From Patescibacteria group bacterium (GTDB lineage Bacteria; Patescibacteriota; Minisyncoccia; UBA6257; UBA9933), in assembly GCA_038063335.1 (NCBI GenBank), contig JBBTVF010000045.1:1-57390 (forward strand): a DNA stretch of 57,390 nucleotides, read 5' to 3'. A program made the translations under genes and the position numbers. The notes under the pieces are model-generated. The model had not been told where the DNA came from and did not search any database. It saw only the letters and a list, made by a program, of their open reading frames with translations. Shown one piece after another: positions 29,095 to 36,495 of the stretch. Each line of letters opens with the position of its first letter. Within the stretch, counting starts at the first letter, position 1.

Positions 29095-29103
29095 CAAAGC
29101 CCT

Positions 29104-30303
29104 TTACTTAATTATCTTCGTCACCGCTCCCGCTCCCACAGTTTTACCTCCTTCACGAATAGCAAACCTTTGTTTTTCTTCAAGAGCCACTGGAGCAATT
29201 AATTTAACGTTGAGTTTCACGGTGTCGCCAGGCATAACCATTTCCATTCCTTCAGGTAAAAACGCTTCCCCAGTAACATCAGTCGTTCTGATGTAGAATT
29301 GCGGCTTGTATCCCTTAAAGAACGGAGTGTGGCGTCCGCCTTCTTCCTTGCTTAAAATATAAACTTCTGCTTCAAATTCAGTGTGCGGAGTAACGCTTCC
29401 GATTTTTGCCAAAACTTGTCCGCGTTCCACATCTTCTTTTTTAAGTCCGCGAAGCAAAACGCCGACGTTGTCTCCAGCCCGTCCTTCGTCAAGAAGTTTC
29501 TTAAACATTTCAATGCCGGTGACTACGGTTTTTGCAGTTGGTTTTATTCCAATAATTTCAATTTCATCATTAACTTTAACTATTCCTCTTTCAATTCTTC
29601 CCGTAACAACCGTACCGCGACCTTCAATTGAAAACACGTCTTCAACCGGCATTAAAAACGGCTTGTCGGTTTCGCGAACTGGCTCTGGAATAAAATCATC
29701 AAGAGCTTTAAGTAAATCCAATATCGGCTTAGCCGCTTCATCATCAGCCGAATTCGCAACTAAAGCCTTCACAGCCGAACCGCGGATAATTGGTGTTGTA
29801 TCGCCGGGGAATTGATACTTTTTCAAAAGTTCTCTTACTTCGGCTTCAACCAAATCAATAAGCTCCGGGTCGTCAACCATATCTGTTTTGTTCAAGAAAA
29901 CGACAATCGCCGGAACGCCGACTTGGCGCGCCAACAAAATGTGTTCGCGAGTCTGAGGCATCGGACCGTCAGCCGCGGAAACGACTAAAATCGCTCCATC
30001 CATTTGAGCGGCTCCGGTAATCATGTTTTTAATATAATCTGCGTGTCCCGGACAATCAACGTGCGCGTAATGCCTTTTTTCTGACTCATATTCGGAGTGG
30101 TGAATGGCAATGGTAATACCTCTCGCCTTTTCCTCAGGAGCATTGTCAATTTGGTCAATCGTTTCCTCTTTTTCGATAAGACCTTTTAATTTAAGGATGT
30201 GCGTCATCGCGGCAGTTAAAGTAGTTTTGCCGTGGTCAACGTGCCCAATCGTGCCGACATTCAAATGCGGCTTATTTCTTTCAAATTTTGCTTTTTCAGC
30301 CAT
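29104..30303 (-). CDS. tuf: elongation factor Tu
   Basis: [22 protein letters not shown]. Confidence 0.98.
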   Translation of the reverse strand: MAEKAKFERNKPHLNVGTIGHVDHGKTTLTAAMTHILKLKGLIEKEETIDQIDNAPEEKARGITIAIHHSEYESEKRHYAHVDCPGHADYIKNMITGAAQMDGAILVVSAADGPMPQTREHILLARQVGVPAIVVFLNKTDMVDDPELIDLVEAEVRELLKKYQFPGDTTPIIRGSAVKALVANSADDEAAKPILDLLKALDDFIPEPVRETDKPFLMPVEDVFSIEGRGTVVTGRIERGIVKVNDEIEIIGIKPTAKTVVTGIEMFKKLLDEGRAGDNVGVLLRGLKKEDVERGQVLAKIGSVTPHTEFEAEVYILSKEEGGRHTPFFKGYKPQFYIRTTDVTGEAFLPEGMEMVMPGDTVKLNVKLIAPVALEEKQRFAIREGGKTVGAGAVTKIIK

Positions 30304-30314
30304 AATAATTTAAG

Positions 30315-30413
30315 TTAAAAGTTTATAAAGTTGAAAGTTATAAAGTTTAACTTTAAAAACTTTATGAACTTTATAACTTTACGAACCTTATAACTTTATG
30401 AACTTATTTATTT
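30315..30413. repeat. array of AACTTTATAACTTT words (3 direct ~17-nt units plus inverted copies) in the tuf leader
   Basis: ATGAACTTTATAACTTT / ACGAACCTTATAACTTT / ATGAACTTATTTATTT, and inverted AAAGTTATAAAGTT. Confidence 0.7.
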
Positions 30414-30445
30414 GCGACTTTTTATTTATTTTAATGACAATTAAT

Positions 30446-30474
30446 ATGATAGCCAATCAATTGCCACGTGTCAA
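30446..30474 (-). promoter_or_regulatory. promoter candidate for tuf
   Basis: The minus strand reads TTGACA-17 nt-TATCAT, just after the rplQ stop. Confidence 0.5.
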
Positions 30475-30481
30475 TCCCCCT

Positions 30482-30832
30482 TTACACAAACTCAATTATC
30501 GCCATCTTGGCGGCATCATTCTTTCTGACTTTTGCCAATTTGATTATTCTCAAATATCCCCCTTTTCTTTCGGTATATCGCGGCGCGATTTGATAATACA
30601 ATTTTTGTCCCGCTTTATTGCTTAATCTTGATAAAATAATCCTTAAAGACGCCACGCTTTGTTTCTTGGCAAGCGTGACTAATTTTTCCGTTGCCGATTT
30701 AATTTCTTTAGCTTTCGCTTCCGTAGTTTCAATTTTTTCCTTAATGATTAAATTGGCGATTAAACTTTTTAAAAGAGCCCGGCGCTGACCCCTTGCTCTA
30801 TGAAATTTTCTTCCCTTTTTAAGATGCTTCAC
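30482..30832 (-). CDS. rplQ: ribosomal protein L17 (GTG start created at the element boundary)
   Basis: (M)KHLKKGRKFHRARGQRRALL matches the L17 N-terminus. The GTG uses the terminal G of element E3. Confidence 0.9.
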   Translation of the reverse strand: MKHLKKGRKFHRARGQRRALLKSLIANLIIKEKIETTEAKAKEIKSATEKLVTLAKKQSVASLRIILSRLSNKAGQKLYYQIAPRYTERKGGYLRIIKLAKVRKNDAAKMAIIEFV

Positions 30833-30952
30833 CCCCACACCATAACGAGTTTATATCTATTACAATATTATATTTAATATGATAATAAAATTTCACTCTT
30901 ATTTTTATACTATTATTAATTTATTCTCCCCACAACTCGTTTGGTGTGGGGG
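30832..30952. mobile_element. E-family palindromic element E3 (121 bp) between rpoA and rplQ
   Basis: CCCCCACACCATAACGAGTT ... AACTCGTTTGGTGTGGGGG termini, AT-rich interior, direct TTCA/TTCA flanks. Confidence 0.85.
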
Positions 30953-30956
30953 TTCA

Positions 30957-31742
30957 TTATTTTTTCTTTTTCTTTTTTTCTTCTTTTTCCTTGACCGCTT
31001 TTTTTCCCTTTTTTCCGGCAAATAAAGTTTTCTCCGATTCAATCTCTTTAACTTCAATCAGCACCACTTTTTCAATATGGTCTTTTAAAATATTCGCGGA
31101 TTTATGAAGCGCTTTTGACGGCGTTATACTTCCATCCGTCTTAATAAAAATTCTTAACCTGTTATAATCCGTTCTTTCTCCAACGCGCATATTCTCAACG
31201 ACAAAATTCACGCTGATAATCGGACTAAAAAACGAATCAATGGCAATCACGCCCACCGGCAATTTATCGGCTTTTCTATTCTCTGCCGCCATATACCCCA
31301 ATCCTTTTTCAACGGTTAATTCCATTTCAATTTCGGCATTTTTTCCGGTTAATGAAAGAATATGAGCGGAAGAACTGACTATTTCAACTTCTGGATTAAC
31401 TTCAATGTCTCGGGCTAAAACTTTTTTCTCCCCTTTCGCCTTTAAAGAAAGAACTTGTGGTTCATCGGAATAAAGCTTAAAGCGAATTTTTTTAAGATTT
31501 AAAATAATTTCTACAATATCCTCTTTTACGCCCGCTATGGTTGAAAATTCATGTTTTACGCCCTTAATTTTTATCTGAGTGATGGCGGCGCCGGGCAAAG
31601 AAGACAAAAGCGCTCTTCGCAAAGCATTGCCCAAAGTGAGGCCGTAACCGGCATAAAGCCCCTCAACTTCAAAAACTCCCTCAACGTTTGTTTCCGAAAC
31701 TTTTTTAATTTTTACTGTTTCGCTAAGATATTGGTATTGCAT
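30957..31742 (-). CDS. rpoA: RNA polymerase alpha subunit, N-terminal domain only plus a Lys-rich tail
   Basis: LGNALRRALLSSLPGAAI and the rest of the alpha-NTD. The protein ends at 261 aa in ...KEKEEKKKKKK. Confidence 0.92.
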   Translation of the reverse strand: MQYQYLSETVKIKKVSETNVEGVFEVEGLYAGYGLTLGNALRRALLSSLPGAAITQIKIKGVKHEFSTIAGVKEDIVEIILNLKKIRFKLYSDEPQVLSLKAKGEKKVLARDIEVNPEVEIVSSSAHILSLTGKNAEIEMELTVEKGLGYMAAENRKADKLPVGVIAIDSFFSPIISVNFVVENMRVGERTDYNRLRIFIKTDGSITPSKALHKSANILKDHIEKVVLIEVKEIESEKTLFAGKKGKKAVKEKEEKKKKKK

Positions 31743-31747
31743 AATTT

Positions 31748-32371
31748 TTATCTAGAATAATAATCCACAACCAAATTTATATCAAATAATAATTCTTCTA
31801 AAATGCTTGTTGGCAATGATTTTATTTTTGCCTCCAATTTATCGCCGTCAACTTGAAACCATTCGGGCGCGTCGTGTTTTTTAATAATATTCTGCAAATC
31901 TTTAAAAATCAATAGATTTTTAGATAATGGATTTATTGATATAACATCACCTGCTTTTACCAAATACGAAGGAATGGTTACTTTTTTATTGTTGACGAAA
32001 ATATGGCCGTGGTTCACTAATTGTCTGGCAATAATTCTTGATGCCGCCAATCTAATCCTAAAAGCCGCGTTATCAAGACGGCGTTCCAAAAGAACGATAA
32101 TTCTCTGGCTTGGCAATCCTTTTTTCATTATTTCTTTCACGATTTTTTTCAATTGCGATTCTTTTAAGCCGTAGATTATCTTCATTTTTTGCTTTTCAAG
32201 AAGCTGTTGGCTGTATTCCGAAGCTGATTTGCGGCGACGACTCTTGCCGTGCATGCCCGGTTTATAAGGACGCCTAATCATCGCGCATTTTGGCGAATCA
32301 CAACGCTCGGCTTTTAAACCAAGCTTAACCCCCAACGCGCGTTCTTTTTTTTCTTTGGATTTTAACAACAT
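31748..32371 (-). CDS. rpsD: ribosomal protein S4
   Basis: RLDNAAFRIRLAASRIIARQLVNHGHI (S4 domain). Confidence 0.95.
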   Translation of the reverse strand: MLLKSKEKKERALGVKLGLKAERCDSPKCAMIRRPYKPGMHGKSRRRKSASEYSQQLLEKQKMKIIYGLKESQLKKIVKEIMKKGLPSQRIIVLLERRLDNAAFRIRLAASRIIARQLVNHGHIFVNNKKVTIPSYLVKAGDVISINPLSKNLLIFKDLQNIIKKHDAPEWFQVDGDKLEAKIKSLPTSILEELLFDINLVVDYYSR

Positions 32372-32390
32372 AACTTTTAAACTTTTTATA

Positions 32391-32855
32391 TTATACTCTT
32401 CTCTTTTTTGGCGGACGCGGACCGTTGTGCGGAATCGGCGTCACGTCTTTTATTGATAAAATGCTGAATCCCTGACCCGCTAAAGATTTCAAAGCGGAAT
32501 CTCTGGCGCTACCAACTCCTTTCATCACCACTTCAATTTCGGAAAAACCGAATTTCTTTAATTTTTCAGAGATAGCGGCTACCATTTTTGAAACCGCAAA
32601 CGGCGTGGCCTTTTTAGGCCCTGAAAAGCCCAAAGAGCCGGCGGAAATCCACGCAACCACATTGCCTTTTTTATCGGTTGCCGTAAGCATTGTGTTGTTA
32701 TAGCTAAAATTAACGTAAATCACGCCAATGCCTATTTTCCCAACCCCTTGTCCGCTTTTTTTGACGGAAGATTTTTTTACCATCGTTTCTTCCAATTTCT
32801 TGCCTTCTTCCAAAATATCTTTTTCAGTTTTTTCTATAACTTTTTTTTGTCCCAT
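32391..32855 (-). CDS. rpsK: ribosomal protein S11
   Basis: NNTMLTATDKKGNVVAWISAGSLGFSG. Confidence 0.95.
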   Translation of the reverse strand: MGQKKVIEKTEKDILEEGKKLEETMVKKSSVKKSGQGVGKIGIGVIYVNFSYNNTMLTATDKKGNVVAWISAGSLGFSGPKKATPFAVSKMVAAISEKLKKFGFSEIEVVMKGVGSARDSALKSLAGQGFSILSIKDVTPIPHNGPRPPKKRRV

Positions 32856-33003
32856 CCCTCACCCTTCAAAGATTTTATTATAAATTTTAATAAAATTTAT
32901 AATATAGAATAATTGAAGTTTTTATTTATTGGTTTATTTATATTCTTTATTTTTATTATTTATCCCTGCCTTCCAGATTTTTTATCTTTGAAGGGTGAGG
33001 GAT
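32854..33003. mobile_element. F-family palindromic element F4 at the rpsM stop / rpsK start
   Basis: Same 20-bp perfect termini. Differs from 19756-19905 at only ~6 positions. Confidence 0.85.
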
Positions 33004-33386
33004 TACTTTAGATCCACTTTTCTTTTTCCGCTGCCGACTGTTTTTCTAACATTACCGCGAATTGTCCGAGAATTTGTTTTTGTTCTTTGTCCCCTAACCG
33101 GCAATTTTCTTTCATGCCTCGAGCCTCTGTAACACTTTATTTCTTTAAGCCTCACGATATTGCCCTTAATAACTTGGCGCAATTCGCCTTCTATCTTATG
33201 ATTTTTTTCAATTAATTGTTTGATTTTATTAGTTTCTTCGGAAGTCAAATCCTTCGTTTTTTTCTCCGGGTCAACTCCGGCCCCCGTTAAAATATTAACA
33301 GCCGAAAAACGGCCTATGCCATAAACATGAGTTAAGGCTATTTTTATTTTTTTATTGTCCGGAATATTGATACCTAATAAACGCAT
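33003..33386 (-). CDS. rpsM: ribosomal protein S13
   Basis: MRLLGINIPDNKKIKIALTHVYGIG. Confidence 0.95.
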   Translation of the reverse strand: MRLLGINIPDNKKIKIALTHVYGIGRFSAVNILTGAGVDPEKKTKDLTSEETNKIKQLIEKNHKIEGELRQVIKGNIVRLKEIKCYRGSRHERKLPVRGQRTKTNSRTIRGNVRKTVGSGKRKVDLK

Positions 33387-33413
33387 AACTTTAAAACTTT
33401 TAAACTTTTTAAT

Positions 33414-33530
33414 TTATCCTTGTCTTTGTTTATGTTTCGGATTTTTTTTGCAAATCACATAAATCCGGCCTTGACGCCGGACAGTTTTACAATCTTTACA
33501 AATTTTTTTTACAGAACTTTGTACTTTCAT
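33414..33530 (-). CDS. rpmJ: ribosomal protein L36 (zinc form)
   Basis: Hand translation gives [38 protein letters not shown]. It is not in the ORF track because it is under 60 aa. Confidence 0.9.
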   Translation of the reverse strand: MKVQSSVKKICKDCKTVRRQGRIYVICKKNPKHKQRQG

Positions 33531-33571
33531 TTATAATTAAACTTTTAAACATTGAAACTCTTAAACTCATT

Positions 33572-33787
33572 CTACATTCTCCTAACTATCCTTCCTCTTT
33601 TGCCGTCCGGACTTAATTCCAAAAGAACTCTATCCCCAGGCAAAACCTTAATATAATGTAATCTCATTTTTCCGGCAAGATAAGCCAAGACTTCTTCTCC
33701 ATTGCCAATTTTTATTTTAAACGTCAAAGACGGCAACGCTTCCATGACAATTCCCTCAATCGGTTTTTCTTTTTTTGGATCTCGCAT
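33572..33787 (-). CDS. infA: translation initiation factor IF-1
   Basis: [32 protein letters not shown]... Confidence 0.93.
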   Translation of the reverse strand: MRDPKKEKPIEGIVMEALPSLTFKIKIGNGEEVLAYLAGKMRLHYIKVLPGDRVLLELSPDGKRGRIVRRM

Positions 33788-33832
33788 TATAAAAAGAAAT
33801 AATAAGCCATGACTTAATAAATGTCAACTATT

Positions 33833-34663
33833 TTAAACTAAAACCATATCAAGCAGAACTTCTTCATAATCCATTTTGCCTGATTTTACGGCAACGTCAT
33901 AATCAGCGAATTTTTCTATTAAATCGGGTGGGTTGGAAGAAAAACTCGCCAAAAAATTGAAGATTTTTGCCGGCTCTTCGCGGCTAAACAAAATTTCCAA
34001 ATTAACCAATCTTTCTTCGAAAGAACGGCTGAACGACAAAACGTTTATTTTTTTAAAAAAATCGTTGGAATTTGTCGGTTTGTCATAATCAATAATCTCT
34101 ATCAGCCGATTAGCGTTAAAATTTTTATCGTTAAACAGCGACAATTTTTCAATTTCATTAATTAATCCCCATGCGTCTTCATTAAAATTATCGGCTAAAA
34201 ATTCAATCGCATCAGCGGTTAATCTTAACCCCCTTTCTTCCGCTTCTTTTTTGATAAAAAATTCAAATTGATTCGCGCTAAAATGTTTAAATTCTTGCGC
34301 TAAGACCGGCTTTTTCAGCAAAAAATCAAAAGTCTTAAGCGGCGTTTTGCTTTCGGAAATTAAAACCGTTAGTTCTTTGTTTTCAAGATTAGCTTTTAAA
34401 AAATTAATGGTCGCTTTTTGGCTTTTCTTATCTTCGGATTTCGCGAAATCCGCCAAAATATTTTCAATAACTGCCAGCTTCACGTTTTCAAAAAGCGAAT
34501 GGCTCGCGCAAAATTCGCGCAACCGATTAAATTCTTCGTCAAGATTTTTTATACTGAAATCAAAATAGCCGACCGATTGGCGGTCTTTCCTGTATTTAAT
34601 AATGATTTCTTTTAATTTTTCTTGCCTGCGATAAGAATCGGGGCCGTATAAAAAAATTAACAT
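33833..34663 (-). CDS. holA: DNA polymerase III delta subunit-like
   Basis: LIFLYGPDSYRRQEKL start and helical C-terminal domains. Assigned by architecture. Confidence 0.55.
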   Translation of the reverse strand: MLIFLYGPDSYRRQEKLKEIIIKYRKDRQSVGYFDFSIKNLDEEFNRLREFCASHSLFENVKLAVIENILADFAKSEDKKSQKATINFLKANLENKELTVLISESKTPLKTFDFLLKKPVLAQEFKHFSANQFEFFIKKEAEERGLRLTADAIEFLADNFNEDAWGLINEIEKLSLFNDKNFNANRLIEIIDYDKPTNSNDFFKKINVLSFSRSFEERLVNLEILFSREEPAKIFNFLASFSSNPPDLIEKFADYDVAVKSGKMDYEEVLLDMVLV

Positions 34664-34665
34664 AT

Positions 34666-36495
34666 TTATATAACTTCACTCTGATAACACTTCTCGCAAT
34701 ATACAATCTCTTTTCTGTCAGGTGAATAAGTAGTTTCAAACTCATTGGGACAGGGTTCTGTTCCATGAGCATGGGTAATGGTGTTTTGATAGATATTGGG
34801 GTTGTTTGAATTATTGCCTGTTTGTCCTTGGCATTGGCATTGCCTATGCCAAAGTTTCAAGGGGTTTCTTTGTTTGAGTCTCTGGTAATGACGGCAGTTG
34901 GGGCATAATCTGGGTAAAGGAAGGTTCATTTTACGGTAGAATTCTAATTCTTGAGGGATGATTTTGAAGGCGGTGGTGCATTGTTCGTTGCATTCGCCCT
35001 TATGCGCGCATTCAATAATTTCTTTTATGATTGTATCGGAAACATCTTTAATATGGTCAGGGAGTTGATCTGATGTTATTGTGGGTTTGATATTCCTTTC
35101 TTCAGGGTCTTTCCAGCTATAACCTTGTTGTTCTGCTTGTTCTTTGGTTAATGGGAAGTATTCTTGAGCTATTGTTTCGTTATAGGCGAAAGGAGAGAGT
35201 TCTGCGGGGAAGAATTCTCCGTATTTATATACTCTACCCTTTTTATCTATATACGGCATATTATTCATATGTTCTATAATCTTGGGGACTAATTGTTCAT
35301 ATTCTTCTTTGGTGTATTGTTTGTTGAGGATGCAGTATTGCTTGTTGCGGAGACCTATGCAGGCAAAGAGGTTGGAGGAATTTTTACAAAATTGAGAATA
35401 ATAAACATCAAAATTATTGTGCCAAACAAAATTAGAGAATAAAATTTTACTACAATTAAACCCACAACTTATAGAATCATAAAAAAGACTAGCATTAGTA
35501 CCAACATTATAAGCGTCATAACTATCTTTTAATCCTAACCCCGCATAAACGATATATTTACTATTTTCAATGCCACTTTCAATATCAAAACAATTAAAGC
35601 AGTTTTTGCTATGACGCACGTTATTGCCAAAAACATTTTGACAATTAGTTAATAAGGCATATTTATGAGGAAAATCAAATTTTATTTTCTTAAATAATCC
35701 TTGAGCTTCAAGAATTATTTTATAACTTCTAAAATCAAATTCTTTTAATTTCTTTTCATATTCTTCTTTTGTATATTGCTTATTAAAAATATTATATTGT
35801 TTATTTCTTAAACCAACGCAACCGAAACAATTCTGACAATTTTTGCAATCAAAAAGAAAGACAGAATCTATACATTTATCAATGTTTTGTCCAAAAAAAA
35901 CTTTATAAGAATCATAACAATCTATACATCTATAACAATTTTCGCTTCTCACCAACCAAGTAGAATCTACTGAATCCCTTGACGAAATACCAACATCGCA
36001 ATACATTAAATTTTCCGCTTTTTCTCCTACGGTTACGCAAAGATAACAATTTTTCGCATCCCAACTATCATTGCAATAATTGCAATTTATTAAAGTATCA
36101 ATATTATCATTCTCTAGGCTAATTCTAGGAAATTCATTAAATAATGATTTTAACTGCTTAAAAAATGGCTGGCTCAAATCATAATCTCTGCCGTATTCCA
36201 TTGGGTCCCAGTTGTCAGACCACCAGTATTTTTGATCGTAGACTTTCAAGGGTTTATCTTGTGAATAAATAGAAATAATATCTTTACCAGTGGCATCGCA
36301 TTTCCTTTTATATAAAGCCCGCTCATTCCTCCATAACATTCTTCTAACCATCCTGCACTCCGGACAAAAAGTCGGCGCCGGGACTTTTATTTTTTCGTAA
36401 AACGCGAAGTCTTCGGGCTCAATTACGAAGTTTTGTTTACAATTTTGACAAGCTTGCACTGAGCTTGTCGAAGTGTGTTTGGTTTCTTGATTCAT
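34666..36495 (-). CDS. Cys-rich repeat protein with terminal zinc-ribbon modules (function unknown)
   Basis: 609 aa with dozens of CxxC pairs. Duplicated modules include GLRNKQY.I.NKQYTKEEYE (x2) and C..C..F.I..E..FY.K...P.P..CP.CR (N- and C-terminal). Confidence 0.75.
   Translation of the reverse strand: MNQETKHTSTSSVQACQNCKQNFVIEPEDFAFYEKIKVPAPTFCPECRMVRRMLWRNERALYKRKCDATGKDIISIYSQDKPLKVYDQKYWWSDNWDPMEYGRDYDLSQPFFKQLKSLFNEFPRISLENDNIDTLINCNYCNDSWDAKNCYLCVTVGEKAENLMYCDVGISSRDSVDSTWLVRSENCYRCIDCYDSYKVFFGQNIDKCIDSVFLFDCKNCQNCFGCVGLRNKQYNIFNKQYTKEEYEKKLKEFDFRSYKIILEAQGLFKKIKFDFPHKYALLTNCQNVFGNNVRHSKNCFNCFDIESGIENSKYIVYAGLGLKDSYDAYNVGTNASLFYDSISCGFNCSKILFSNFVWHNNFDVYYSQFCKNSSNLFACIGLRNKQYCILNKQYTKEEYEQLVPKIIEHMNNMPYIDKKGRVYKYGEFFPAELSPFAYNETIAQEYFPLTKEQAEQQGYSWKDPEERNIKPTITSDQLPDHIKDVSDTIIKEIIECAHKGECNEQCTTAFKIIPQELEFYRKMNLPLPRLCPNCRHYQRLKQRNPLKLWHRQCQCQGQTGNNSNNPNIYQNTITHAHGTEPCPNEFETTYSPDRKEIVYCEKCYQSEVI

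Noticed and set aside
29011-29103. A tRNA or other RNA gene in the tuf-rpsJ spacer, considered because of the GC-rich GGCGGG blocks.
   Set aside because: No cloverleaf can be drawn: there is no T-loop or acceptor pairing. It is better explained as GC mini-palindrome copies.
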